A DNA stretch of 64,000 bases from a virus (taxonomy: Duplodnaviria > Caudoviricetes). The DNA is taken from IMG/VR virus record IMGVR_UViG_3300028738_000008; one strand, given 5' to 3'. Under the pieces are notes generated by a model, which saw nothing but the letters and a program-made list of their open reading frames with translations, had not been told where the DNA came from and did no database searches. Positions 47,689-58,706 of the stretch are shown in pieces. How positions within the stretch are numbered: position 1 is the stretch's first letter; the number at the start of each line of letters is the position of its first letter. The position numbers and the translations under genes were made by a program.

Positions 47689-48615
47689 ATGGAAAAAGTT
47701 GACGTAATTATAAACGTGTATGGCAAACCTTGGCAGACACTTTGCACATTAAAATCGCTTATGAAAGTAAGCGGCGAACATATCGATAAAATTTATATAA
47801 TCGAGGAGAGACAACAACCATATGGCTCAAAAATTGAATTCATATATAAAGAATTTAATAATGTAATTAGATATATGCCAGACGTATATCGTTTCGTAAC
47901 TGTTACAAATCATGGTAACATGTCTAATCCGAACGAACGATATATTTTCAGATACCAATATGGTATAGAAAATTCAGACAAAAAATATGTTTTTATCACG
48001 CACAACGATATACTATATGTCAATGATATTATTGGTAATATGCTTGAGAAAGATGATGGCCAAGCTGGCGTTGGGCTGATTGGACAATGTTGGAATTGCC
48101 CAGCGTTTATGGGTAATCTATGTGATGGAGATAGGCACGATAAATATAACCCAACATATGATGAAGTCATAAATCTGACAAAAATACACACACCAGCACG
48201 ATATCTACAACACAATGAGTTGGTAGACCGAACTCACCCAATGCCATTACCTGAATGTAGACTTAATGAATTTGCATGCTTAGTCGATAGAAATATAACT
48301 ATGGCACAATGCTACCCGAATGGTAATACGCCTTTGTTTGGAGCATATGATTTACTTGACTTGGGCGATGCTTGGTTTAGAAGCCTTATCCTTAAAGGAT
48401 TCAAATTTAAAAATCATGACATTAATGTTGATGCCGTTCATGGTTATTTTTCTCAAATTCCATCCGAAATACGAGTATATATGGAGAAAATAACTGATAG
48501 CAGCGTAACTGAACGATCAAAAATGTTTGTAAGTGGCTACCCGACGCAACTTGATCATCAGAAATATAATGATTCAGAAGTATTTGCCGAAAATTATTTT
48601 AAAGAAAACTTTTAA
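47689..48615 (+). CDS. GT-A-like protein
   Basis: VDVIINVYGKPWQT; FITHNDI. Confidence 0.55.
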   Translation: MEKVDVIINVYGKPWQTLCTLKSLMKVSGEHIDKIYIIEERQQPYGSKIEFIYKEFNNVIRYMPDVYRFVTVTNHGNMSNPNERYIFRYQYGIENSDKKYVFITHNDILYVNDIIGNMLEKDDGQAGVGLIGQCWNCPAFMGNLCDGDRHDKYNPTYDEVINLTKIHTPARYLQHNELVDRTHPMPLPECRLNEFACLVDRNITMAQCYPNGNTPLFGAYDLLDLGDAWFRSLILKGFKFKNHDINVDAVHGYFSQIPSEIRVYMEKITDSSVTERSKMFVSGYPTQLDHQKYNDSEVFAENYFKENF

Positions 48616-48626
48616 CACTTTTAACA

Positions 48627-49217
48627 ATGGATGTATATTGCTTACCAGACAATTATTCACATAGATTGAATAATGCATACTTTGATGATACTTCATTCAA
48701 AGACGAATATCAAGATGACGTTTATGATGCTGCTGAGGCTACTCTGAAAGAAAATGATTTTAAATCAATCGTGGATATTGGTACAGGTAGCGGATTTAAG
48801 CTGATCAAGCATTTCGATAAATACGACACATTTGGAATTGATCTTGAGCCAACAGTTACTTTTTTAAGAAGACAGTACCCTGAAAAGAAATGGGGCGGAC
48901 TGCATGAACTACCTGTGGATGGTCGATATGACGTTTTCATATGTTCAGATGTGATCGAACATATACCTGAGCCAAATGGATTTCTCGAAGAATTACTTAA
49001 ATACGATTTTAAGAAAATAGTTTTCTCAACACCCGATAAATTGCATATGTATTCAGGCTTACAACTTGGAATGCCCTCAAACACAGCACATGTACGTGAA
49101 TGGGATATGATCGAGTTTAATAAATACCTGAGTAAATATTTTGTGATCGAAAAGCATTTTAAATCCAATGAGGGATCAAATACGCAGATTGCTATTTGCA
49201 GTAAGAAAATAATTTAA
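48627..49217 (+). CDS. Class I SAM-dependent methyltransferase
   Basis: IVDIGTGSG; CSDVIEHI; HVREW. Confidence 0.85.
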   Translation: MDVYCLPDNYSHRLNNAYFDDTSFKDEYQDDVYDAAEATLKENDFKSIVDIGTGSGFKLIKHFDKYDTFGIDLEPTVTFLRRQYPEKKWGGLHELPVDGRYDVFICSDVIEHIPEPNGFLEELLKYDFKKIVFSTPDKLHMYSGLQLGMPSNTAHVREWDMIEFNKYLSKYFVIEKHFKSNEGSNTQIAICSKKII

Positions 49218-49323
49218 TAAATTTATAGAAAAATACTTGCATGATATTTAAAAAAGTTTTATTTTTGTATCGAATTTTAAACAGGGCATAGCCTAATCTA
49301 TGCGTAAACTTTAATTTTTTTAT

Positions 49324-50358
49324 ATGAAAAACTTTTTATTTTCTTTCGTGCTATTAACCTTAGCACTTGTTTCTTGTCAGAAACAGTCTGACATCGTAAC
49401 GCCGACTACAGGCAAAATGCATTATCCGACCATTAATTTGGTTCAGGGTTCTGAACTTGTAACAAAAAGTGCTGGCAACACTATTACTACACTCACTTAT
49501 GAATTTTGGGTGAAAGCACCAAATGCTGGTGGAACAGGAACTACTGGATGGGTACTTGCAGAGGACGGATTATTTAAGGATGGAACTACTCCACAGAACA
49601 ACAATGCTCCAACATGGGATGTTGCTTATCCTAACAATTGCACCACATGCTTTATTGACATTCCATTACATATGGAAACACGTATTGTTATCAAAGGTAA
49701 GGATGCGGATGGAATTAAATATTACGGTATTGGCACTTCACCTGTTGGCGGATGGACAACAGCTGAAATTGGTAATATGACGATTAATATGTATGAGATT
49801 GATTCTCGCCTAACAATCGATGTTAGCGATTTGATTAAGAATACAAACTTTAATTTCACATTAACATTTGCTGGCACTATTAAACCCATTGACTATAATA
49901 ATATTGTTCAATCGACAGATTCATGGTTACTTGGCGTAGCATCTGGCGTTAGAAATTATAGAGGCGTACCATTAGTATCGACGACAGGAGTTTCAGTCTT
50001 GAAAAAAATTGAGATATTGGGTACAGGTATTAAAAATACAACACCTACCTATAAGATTAATGATGCTACAGCAACAATTGAGCAGGTTCAGAATGTATAT
50101 GAATACTTCGGAAAAGGTAGTTCAGATTTTACAGCCACATATAGTGTTGTTAGACGTGATGGCGTTGTGTTTAAACCTACGACAGCCATTACAATGGCAA
50201 GTCCAAATCCGTCAACAAGTTTTAGTGGTACTAATTGGCTGCAAGCAGGATATGACTTTCATATAGCTTTCACGGCAAACCCACAAGACTTAGGTAAAGG
50301 CTGCTTTGTAGGTACACTTACGAGCAATAGCACTATCAACGGAACTGTTGGTCTATAA
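49324..50358 (+). CDS. Lipoprotein
   Basis: Lipobox LALVSC. Confidence 0.7.
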   Translation: MKNFLFSFVLLTLALVSCQKQSDIVTPTTGKMHYPTINLVQGSELVTKSAGNTITTLTYEFWVKAPNAGGTGTTGWVLAEDGLFKDGTTPQNNNAPTWDVAYPNNCTTCFIDIPLHMETRIVIKGKDADGIKYYGIGTSPVGGWTTAEIGNMTINMYEIDSRLTIDVSDLIKNTNFNFTLTFAGTIKPIDYNNIVQSTDSWLLGVASGVRNYRGVPLVSTTGVSVLKKIEILGTGIKNTTPTYKINDATATIEQVQNVYEYFGKGSSDFTATYSVVRRDGVVFKPTTAITMASPNPSTSFSGTNWLQAGYDFHIAFTANPQDLGKGCFVGTLTSNSTINGTVGL

Positions 50359-50892
50359 ATGAAGACAATACTATTAGCATTCATTATGTTAATAGGAATC
50401 ACAAGTCAAGCTCAGAAGCCCATCAACGTACTGTCGATGGGCTTCGGCAAAGACTTCATAAGTGGCGAAGCATTGATCAATGCAAACTTTATGATACATA
50501 ATGCTTACGCCAGTTATTCGGTTTCTATTGAAAACTCTGTAAAGAGTTACGACGTGGGATGGACTTTCAATCAAAAATATTTGAAAGGTTTCTATTTAAT
50601 TCCCACAATTGGCATTACAGCCGTAAATAAAACAAATGTTTCAAGATTTTGCATTGAGACAGTTCCAAATTCAAATGTTGATATTACAGTTGTTGACGGA
50701 GTGATCACAACCTCAATTATTAGTCAGCCAACAGGCACAACTGTGGGAGCAATTGACAAAGTAAATAGTAAGGTTGAAATGCACCCAAATATAGGATTGT
50801 TTATTGGATATCAGTTTGATGACACGCTTACACTTTTCATAAAGGCAACAAATAATTCATTTGGTGCTGGGATGGGTTTCATTATAAATTAA
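50359..50892 (+). CDS. Exported, possibly outer-membrane beta protein
   Basis: Signal peptide; alternating C-terminal strands. Confidence 0.45.
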   Translation: MKTILLAFIMLIGITSQAQKPINVLSMGFGKDFISGEALINANFMIHNAYASYSVSIENSVKSYDVGWTFNQKYLKGFYLIPTIGITAVNKTNVSRFCIETVPNSNVDITVVDGVITTSIISQPTGTTVGAIDKVNSKVEMHPNIGLFIGYQFDDTLTLFIKATNNSFGAGMGFIIN

Positions 50893-50901
50893 AATTACAA
50901 A

Positions 50902-51342
50902 ATGCCATTAAAAATTGTAGATTCCTATAAAAGGAAATTTAAAGTGTATTGCGTGAATGATAAAATCATGTGCGATGTTTTGCAAATGATTTTATCGAGT
51001 GATGAAACATCTGGCATCATTCAACATGATCAACTCTATGGAGTAATATTCGATGATTCAAAATTCATATTACATGAATACACTGGACTCAATTATATTG
51101 ATGGCAGAGAGGCATACGACGGCGATATCTTTAGAGATAAGCATCATGGCGATCTGTTTAGAATCTATCGTATAGAGGGCGGATTTGCCATTAGCGTAAA
51201 TTCCTTTCCTTCTACATTCGTTGGTAGCAGTCCATTTCCATTAACGCCATTAGCTGATGCTCAAACAACTTCATGGTTTCATGGTAGTGCCGAGTATGTA
51301 TCTAACATCCATGAATTTATTTTACCAGAATCATATTTTTAA
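50902..51342 (+). CDS. YopX-family protein
   Basis: EYTGL..IDGREAYDGDI. Confidence 0.75.
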   Translation: MPLKIVDSYKRKFKVYCVNDKIMCDVLQMILSSDETSGIIQHDQLYGVIFDDSKFILHEYTGLNYIDGREAYDGDIFRDKHHGDLFRIYRIEGGFAISVNSFPSTFVGSSPFPLTPLADAQTTSWFHGSAEYVSNIHEFILPESYF

Positions 51343-51388
51343 CTTGCAGTCAATATTATTTTTACGTATTTTTGTAAAAAAGTAATTT

Positions 51389-51745
51389 ATGGATATTGAT
51401 TTAAATGATACTTATTGGGATAGAGTGGTTGGCATTGTCACCGAACTTCGTGTTGATGCACGATGGATACTAAGACAGAACGGTAGCGAGAAACCATATG
51501 GCTCATTGCGAATAGTTTCGCACCCAGACCTTAAAGCAGGTTATCTACGTGCAGTCTTCACCTATGTTGAAGATGTTAGGCAAAAATCCAAAGGCGAGAA
51601 GATACAAACTATTGAAGACTATCAAATTGATAAGTCTGAGCTTGAAATATATTCCGTCGATGAAGCAATAAAAACAAAAAGCGTCACATATGAAGCTCCA
51701 TATCAAGAGCTTAACAAAAAATTCGGCGTAAATATTTTCGAATAA
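51389..51745 (+). CDS. Hypothetical protein
   Basis: 118 aa ORF after a host-type promoter. Confidence 0.7.
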   Translation: MDIDLNDTYWDRVVGIVTELRVDARWILRQNGSEKPYGSLRIVSHPDLKAGYLRAVFTYVEDVRQKSKGEKIQTIEDYQIDKSELEIYSVDEAIKTKSVTYEAPYQELNKKFGVNIFE

Positions 51746-51763
51746 ATTTAATAAATAATAATT

Positions 51764-52663
51764 ATGATTTCAAGAAGTAATAAAAAGGAACTGGACATTT
51801 TCGATAGTTTTAATACTGATCAGAATCTTCCAAAGCATGTGAAACGTAGAGAGTCAGAAACAAATGATGTTGTGTCATTTGAGGGCAGTAGCGTTGATGG
51901 TAATTGGCAAATAGCGTCGCCCACCACTGTTGAGAGTGATATGACGTATTGGGTTGATTATCGGAAATATATGTTCGGTCAGAACAATACCATTATCAAT
52001 TGGGTGAAACTTAAAATAGCTCAATCAATGTTTAAAAACAAAATGGTTGCAAAGCCTGTTAAAACATTGAATATCAGGGAATTTTTCAGTGACATAAAGG
52101 ATTCTGTTGAAACTATCGCAGCATCAAATGAAATTGCTGATCATTACGAAAAGGTTCTTTTGAAAGCAAAGGACATGAATCAAAGAGCTTTGATCACAAA
52201 ACTTACTGATTTGTTGGAAGTCGTTAGGGCTGAAACCGTTTTAATTGGGACTGATTTGAATAAGTTTGTAACCGAAAAGAATGTAATTGACTTTTACAAT
52301 AAGATCGGCGAAGACAAACATCTTAAATTGAGTTGGATGAAGAACTTTGTAAGGGTAATACCTGACGACGTTTATGAACTTAAACAACATGCCGACACTT
52401 TCATGGTGTTCGATAACTATGTTGTTCTTCATTACGACCCTCTGAATAACGGCGATGAATTGACAACAGAAGAAAAGGAAAAAGCTAAAGACCCAATTCT
52501 ATTCGGTGTTATCAAAAACAGCCATAAGCTTTATTATATTGCTGATTGGGTTGACGAATATTGCGACTTAACATTGGAAGAAATGTTTAAAGAATTAGGA
52601 AGCAAAGTAGGCGAGATAAACAATAAGTCTGTGCATACTTTCATTGACAAAATAAAAGCATAA
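51764..52663 (+). CDS. Hypothetical phage protein
   Basis: 299 aa ORF; DPILFG...YYIADWVDEYCDLTL. Confidence 0.75.
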   Translation: MISRSNKKELDIFDSFNTDQNLPKHVKRRESETNDVVSFEGSSVDGNWQIASPTTVESDMTYWVDYRKYMFGQNNTIINWVKLKIAQSMFKNKMVAKPVKTLNIREFFSDIKDSVETIAASNEIADHYEKVLLKAKDMNQRALITKLTDLLEVVRAETVLIGTDLNKFVTEKNVIDFYNKIGEDKHLKLSWMKNFVRVIPDDVYELKQHADTFMVFDNYVVLHYDPLNNGDELTTEEKEKAKDPILFGVIKNSHKLYYIADWVDEYCDLTLEEMFKELGSKVGEINNKSVHTFIDKIKA

Positions 52664-52738
52664 AAAATATATTTACAATATTTGGCATAGATTAAAGTTT
52701 TCAGTTACTGCCCACGTATTTATAATAAAGTTTATATC

Positions 52739-53554
52739 ATGAAATTAATTAATTACGATGGGAATGGCATAAAAACTGGAATTTATTGTATAAGGAATTT
52801 AAAAAACAATAAATTATATGTTGGAAGTAGTAAGAGTTCAATAGGATCGAGAAAACGAAGACATTTATTAAATTTAAAAAACAATACACACTATAACGAA
52901 CATTTACAAAATGCTTGGAATTTTTATGGTGAGGAAAATTTCTCATTTGAGGTTTTATTTTTATGTAAATCAGACGAATGCTCAAGATATGAAGCAGAAT
53001 TTATCAAGTTGTATTCATCGAATATTCGAAAATATGGATATAATATTGCCAATGTTGAGAATTATAAATTCGCATACAATATGTCTGAAATACATAATAA
53101 TGAAAAAAGTCAAAAAAAAATTAATAAATCATTAGTATGTAATGGATTACATACTAATGAAAGAGGCATTTCTAAACCATTTAATGTGTATAACTTAAGT
53201 GGTAATTTTATTAAAAAATATGATAGTGCCAAAGAGTATATTGAAATGCATGGCGGATCAAGAGGAAATTTATCCATAGTCTTATCAAAAAGAAAATTAG
53301 TATACATTGAGAAAAATATAATACTATTTGAAGATGATATATTAACTAATGACGATATCGCATATGTTAATAATAAGTTAAGACGTAAACATGTGTTTCT
53401 CTATAACGTCGATGGCGAATTTATTAACGAATTTGAATCTGTAAAGCTTTGTGCTGATCATTTAAAATGTAAAGAAGCTGAGATAAGAATGTGTTGTTTG
53501 GGCAAAAGAAGTAGAATAAGAAATTTTATAACTAAATATACAAAAAATGAGTGA
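52739..53554 (+). mobile_element. Free-standing GIY-YIG homing endonuclease with NUMOD1-like repeats
   Basis: TGIYCIRN...LYVGSS; Y..DG.FI.EF.S...A. Confidence 0.9.
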
Positions 53555-54410
53555 AAGTAATGACGATTTAACAACTGGAATAGGCAAAGGGTTAAGGTAT
53601 AACCAAGGCAAATTAAGATACGACCTTGTGCATGCAAAAGCCGAAAGGGATATGGTTGATGTTTTAACATATGGCGCAAGTAAATATAGCCCTGATAATT
53701 GGCGTCAAGGTATGTCGTGGAAATCTATTATAGCCTCTTTGAAAAGACATTTGGCTGCGATTGAACTTGGCGAGGATTATGACAATGGCGAAGGCGGAAG
53801 TGGAAAGCTACATGTTTCAAATCTGGCTTGTAATGCACACTTTTTAAATGGACTGTACTATGATTTTCCACAGGGCGATGACCGTTATAAAAGCTATCTA
53901 AAGATTCCTAAAATTGGCTGGGATATTGATGGCGTACTTGCAAACTTTATGAAAGCATGGCATTTATTGCACCCAGAGGTACTGGAATTCCCAACTACAT
54001 GGTATACTGATCGCCATATTCGTGACAGGTTTGACGCTATGAAAATAGATGGCACATTAGATGCTTTTTATTTAAATATGGAAACTGAAATAAAAGCTGA
54101 GGAGTTATTATATGATCCTCATTGCTACATAACTTCTCGTCCAGTTAAGAAAGAAGTTACTGAACAATGGCTTGATAAGAATCATTTTCCAAGTAAGCCT
54201 GTTTACACATTGGAAACCAGACAGTCCAAAGTTGATTTGGCAAAGGAAGCTGGCGTTGAGATTTTTATTGACGACTCATTTGACAACTTTGTTGACTTAA
54301 ACAATCATGGTGTGTTTACATATTTGTTAACAACTCCTTGGAACATACGACATGACGTTGGTCATATGAGAATTAATTCGATTAATGACATTCCTTGGTT
54401 AAGAAAATAA
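53547..54410 (+). CDS. dATP/dGTP diphosphohydrolase (DUF5664) fused to a HAD-family nucleotidase
   Basis: YGASKY.PDNW.QG, RHL, H...LACN; then WDIDGVL, ITSR, IFIDD. Confidence 0.8.
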   Translation: MSESNDDLTTGIGKGLRYNQGKLRYDLVHAKAERDMVDVLTYGASKYSPDNWRQGMSWKSIIASLKRHLAAIELGEDYDNGEGGSGKLHVSNLACNAHFLNGLYYDFPQGDDRYKSYLKIPKIGWDIDGVLANFMKAWHLLHPEVLEFPTTWYTDRHIRDRFDAMKIDGTLDAFYLNMETEIKAEELLYDPHCYITSRPVKKEVTEQWLDKNHFPSKPVYTLETRQSKVDLAKEAGVEIFIDDSFDNFVDLNNHGVFTYLLTTPWNIRHDVGHMRINSINDIPWLRK

Positions 54411-54849
54411 GTCATGGCAGATAATACAGAGTCTAAGTCAATATCAGATATTGAGATAGAAGATGGACATGGCTTTTGGGGCTGCGAACAATACGGATAC
54501 ACAAAAGACGAAGATTTATGAAGCTTGAAACACTGGTTAGGTCTTATGAAATAATGGGATACACTCCGAAAGGATTGGAACGTGATGAAGAATGTCAAAG
54601 CATAATCAAATAGCTATATGATAAATACAAAATTCATGTTTATGCAAATTATTGCTCAATGCGATTTAAAGAATATCCTAAAACGTATATGAGATTTAAA
54701 GGATGCTACAGATATGAATGCGGCAAGGATTATAGTAATAATTTTTATTGTGATACGTCATTTGATAGTCCTTACGATGCTTATTTTGACGCACTTAGAC
54801 ATATGCTGCCAGCATTTAGATTTCAATATAAATATAACGACGATTACAA

Positions 54850-55506
54850 ATGACAACAGTTTGCTTTATATCCGATACACATAATAAGCATAATAAACTA
54901 ATAATTCCTGAATGTGATTTTTTAATACATTCAGGAGATATTAGTTCAATGGGTTATGAATATGAAATAGTAAATTTTTTAAAATGGTTTAGTAAACAGC
55001 CAGCTAAATACAAAATTTTTACTGTTGGTAACCATGATTGGTTATTTGAACGTAACAGATCATTAGCCAAATCACTTATTCCAGAAAATGTTATATATTT
55101 GGAAGATGAAAGTATTGAAATAGATGGATTGAATTTTTATGGCTCGCCAGTACAGCTGGAATTTTGTAATTGGGCTTTTAATAGAAGTGAAGAGTCTCTT
55201 ACAAGATATTGGTCAAATATTCCAGACAATATTGACATATTGATAACGCATTCGCCTGCATATGGAATACTTGATGATGTTAGACATAATGGCAAACATT
55301 TAGGGTCGCCATCATTATATGACGAAGTTACTAACAGAATAAAACCATTGATTCACTGTTTCGGGCACATACATTCTGGGCATGGAACAAAATTTATTAA
55401 TAATACATGTTTTGTAAATGCCTCTGTTTTAGATGAAGACTATAAATTATCTTACAATCCAATACTCATTGGTATAAATGACCGCAAGGTAGAGGTCTTT
55501 AGCTGA
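54850..55506 (+). CDS. Calcineurin-like metallophosphoesterase
   Basis: ISDTH, HSGD, GNHD, THSP, GHIH. Confidence 0.92.
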   Translation: MTTVCFISDTHNKHNKLIIPECDFLIHSGDISSMGYEYEIVNFLKWFSKQPAKYKIFTVGNHDWLFERNRSLAKSLIPENVIYLEDESIEIDGLNFYGSPVQLEFCNWAFNRSEESLTRYWSNIPDNIDILITHSPAYGILDDVRHNGKHLGSPSLYDEVTNRIKPLIHCFGHIHSGHGTKFINNTCFVNASVLDEDYKLSYNPILIGINDRKVEVFS

Positions 55507-55536
55507 TGATACCACTATTTATAATCAAAATTAAAT

Positions 55537-55869
55537 ATGAAAAAGATAAAAAATTTATTCAAAAAGCTTCAATACGACAAGCAATTACAAGAAAAGTTGG
55601 CTGGCGAGTTGACACTTAAAGGCGACGCTATTATATGGTCATACGACTTTGATAATGACGCCGAAGAGATTAACATTTGTCAAGAGGAACTCGATGATAG
55701 TGATACGACTTTTGATGAAGTCGTTTGTGTTGAAGAATACCTAACGGAAACATATGACACAGACTTGGAAGAAATCGAAGATTTCATTACGAGCAACGAC
55801 GACATTGGCGAATATGACTTCTCCAACTCGATTATTAAAGGGTCATGCATTTCATTTAAAATTAGCTAA
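55537..55869 (+). CDS. Acidic hypothetical protein
   Basis: TATTTATA at 55516-55523. Confidence 0.65.
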   Translation: MKKIKNLFKKLQYDKQLQEKLAGELTLKGDAIIWSYDFDNDAEEINICQEELDDSDTTFDEVVCVEEYLTETYDTDLEEIEDFITSNDDIGEYDFSNSIIKGSCISFKIS

Positions 55870-56157
55870 TATGCAAAACCGTACATTCAAAGTAGTAAGC
55901 TATGACCCTAAAACAAATCTTCAAGGAAGTAAACGTGTTTATACTTCGGAAAAAGACTTTCTGAGATATAAGGATGATGTTATAAGGAGATACAGATATC
56001 ATTTAATCGTAAAAACTTTTGAGTTGATTGACGATGTGTGGGTTTCGTTAAATACTTATCCATGTGATAAAATTAGTTAAGGATTTTTGTAACATTTTGA
56101 AAGTTTAAACGTATAAATAGGTAGCAGCATTAAAGTTGTTACCTATTTTTATTTATC

Positions 56158-57195
56158 ATGGGCGGAAAAGCATTACAGAAATACGGAGTCTTTACTGAGA
56201 GAAAAGACACTGAGGAATTTATGAGAATTGGCAGGAAAATGCAAGATATAATCAAGACTGAAATCGGACTTGATACCGCCATTGTTAAATGTTTCCACGA
56301 GAAACAAGATCATGGCGATTTGGACTTGCTGATCAAAATACCTGAAAGAACATTCGGAACTGGCGGTGGCATTAATCTGGCTAGCTTTGTTGAGAACATC
56401 TTGAAACCAAGAGCTATCAATAACAATGGCGGAGTTATTTCATTCGACTTTGAAGAATTTCAAATCGACTTTATCTCAATTGAAGAAAGCGATTGGGAAA
56501 TAGCTAATACTTATTTCTCTTATGATCCATTGGGAAATATCATGGGTAAAACCTATCATAAATTCAATTTATCATACGGCTGGAATGGTTTGTTTTACAA
56601 ATTCAGAAACCTAGACGGTAGAATCGGCGGAAACATCGAAATGACCAAAGACCCTAGGAAGATTTTTGAATTTGGAGACTACGATTACGACAGGTATTTG
56701 AAAGGATTCAATTCAATTGACGAAATTTATGATTTCGTTATGAAGTCTAAATACTTTGATACCAGCATCTTTCAATTTGAAGACTTGAATCATATTGATC
56801 GTAAGAGAAACAAGAAAAGAAAATCTTACAATGAGTTTCTTGCTTTCATGAATGAGAACAACATCGGAACTAAATACACTTTTGATAAAAATAAGGAAAA
56901 CTACATCGACATGATTGAAGAAGCTTTTCCCGAATCTAATTTGAAACATGAATTAAGTATCATAAAAAAGCGTGATGCTTTCCGTAGAGAACTGGCTAAT
57001 AAATTCAGCGGTACGATTGTCATGGAATGGTTGCCAGAGTTGAAGGGTAAGGAATTGGGCTTGGCTTTGAGAGATTATAAAGAATCTCATGGTGACGGCT
57101 ATGAAAAGTATATCATGAACCATAATATTGATCAAATAAAAATCAATTTTATGGCGTTGTATAACGGAAATGACTTGCACATTCCAAAATTTTAA
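56158..57195 (+). CDS. Pol-beta-superfamily nucleotidyltransferase-like protein
   Basis: K..HGDLDLL and FQIDFI; TGTAAC-N16-CGTATAA at 56088-56116. Confidence 0.6.
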   Translation: MGGKALQKYGVFTERKDTEEFMRIGRKMQDIIKTEIGLDTAIVKCFHEKQDHGDLDLLIKIPERTFGTGGGINLASFVENILKPRAINNNGGVISFDFEEFQIDFISIEESDWEIANTYFSYDPLGNIMGKTYHKFNLSYGWNGLFYKFRNLDGRIGGNIEMTKDPRKIFEFGDYDYDRYLKGFNSIDEIYDFVMKSKYFDTSIFQFEDLNHIDRKRNKKRKSYNEFLAFMNENNIGTKYTFDKNKENYIDMIEEAFPESNLKHELSIIKKRDAFRRELANKFSGTIVMEWLPELKGKELGLALRDYKESHGDGYEKYIMNHNIDQIKINFMALYNGNDLHIPKF

Positions 57196-57220
57196 TTACC
57201 TTTGTAAAAAAATTTGAAAT

Positions 57221-57652
57221 ATGAAACTATATAAGGCTTTAAAACTGAAAAAGAAATTGACTGGCGAAATTGCTAGTTTGAAATTATTAATTCTTTCTAA
57301 GAACTCATACGTGGAAGGTTCAAAGGTAAACTATGTTGTGACTGAACTGTATGATGAACTGTTGGTAAAAATAAATGCTTTGGTTGATTTGAAAATGTCG
57401 ATCAATGCAGCAAATGCCGACATTCAAGAAAGTATTTATAATCTTGCTGAATTGAAAGGCATGATTTCTTTCTGGCAGCAAATGCCGACAGCCGAAGGTG
57501 TTATTAGTAATACTTACTCGGAAGCAGCCGCAAAGACTTATGTGGCTACCTTTAATGAAGTTTTTAAAGATAATCTCATTAAAAACTTACAGACTGACGT
57601 TGATACGATTCAGGAAGAAATCGATACATATAATTATACCAAAGAAGTTTAA
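57221..57652 (+). CDS. DIP1984-like helical protein
   Basis: MKLYKALKLKKKL.GEI..L; K..I..AN; LAELKG; IQEEID.YN. Confidence 0.65.
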   Translation: MKLYKALKLKKKLTGEIASLKLLILSKNSYVEGSKVNYVVTELYDELLVKINALVDLKMSINAANADIQESIYNLAELKGMISFWQQMPTAEGVISNTYSEAAAKTYVATFNEVFKDNLIKNLQTDVDTIQEEIDTYNYTKEV

Positions 57653-57833
57653 AACATAAGGGAAGTCGAGGAATTAGTGTAAAAATCAACGATAGTTACA
57701 TGTAAAACTGAAAACGATAATGATATCAACATTAAAATTCAAGTCTTATGCGTATCAAAAATCACTCGTCAAAATTGAAAACTCATTTTATCTACTTTTA
57801 TATTAACAAATCGATTTTCCTTTTACATTTTTT

Positions 57834-58214
57834 ATGAGAGAAACAATAGAAAAACTAACGGAAGAAGAAAAGTCTGCATTGCTTTTAAAGTACGCTGACC
57901 TTTCTTCTTATTATATTAAAGAACATTTATATGACCCACTTATCTCTGCGGTCATTTTAGATACGTGTTTTAAGCACTTAGAAGCGAATTACAAGGATTC
58001 ATCGAAAGTAGCTAAAGCATGGGCTGTAACCATCGTTATGCGCAACTATGACGACCTGCTTGATGTTGGACATATCAGACATATGATCGAGAAGTTCTTA
58101 ATGTATTATGCCAGCAGCAAGTATGAGGAATATTGTGCTGATATAGCTCTTTGGAATAATGACTTTGCCAAAGACGCCGAATTTATTAGGAACTATTGCT
58201 CAACCGAATTATGA
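57834..58214 (+). CDS. Hypothetical protein
   Basis: 126 aa ORF. Confidence 0.65.
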   Translation: MRETIEKLTEEEKSALLLKYADLSSYYIKEHLYDPLISAVILDTCFKHLEANYKDSSKVAKAWAVTIVMRNYDDLLDVGHIRHMIEKFLMYYASSKYEEYCADIALWNNDFAKDAEFIRNYCSTEL

Positions 58215-58706
58215 GCACAAATTATAATGTTTATAAGGGTAAAAATGGCGTTGAGCATGTGCTTGTAAGATTCACATGGTTTGATGATAAGGGCGACCCA
58301 AACTATATCGAATCGCATGATCTTGATTCTGCTGCCGAAATACTTGGTCTATTGCGTGGTGAGACATGCCTTGGCGATTTAGAGCCATAATTAATTATTC
58401 AACTATTTATGCCTGTATGCTCTAATGCATAATTCAATATGGCAAATTATATTAAATATAAGAGATCAACAAAGAAATTCGATCTAGGATATAACCAAGA
58501 AGATATTCAAGCATTCTTAGACTCATTAATTGTGGAGGGTTGGAGAATTATCACATATGAGGAAAAGCCTAATAACGATAATGATGGATTTACAATGTAT
58601 TTACTTTGCGGCAAAGAAAAAACTGAATGGGGAAAAGATAAACAAGTATTATAAATTTGCTTGTTTATAAAACATTTATTATATACCTTTGTCAAAAATA
58701 TAATTC

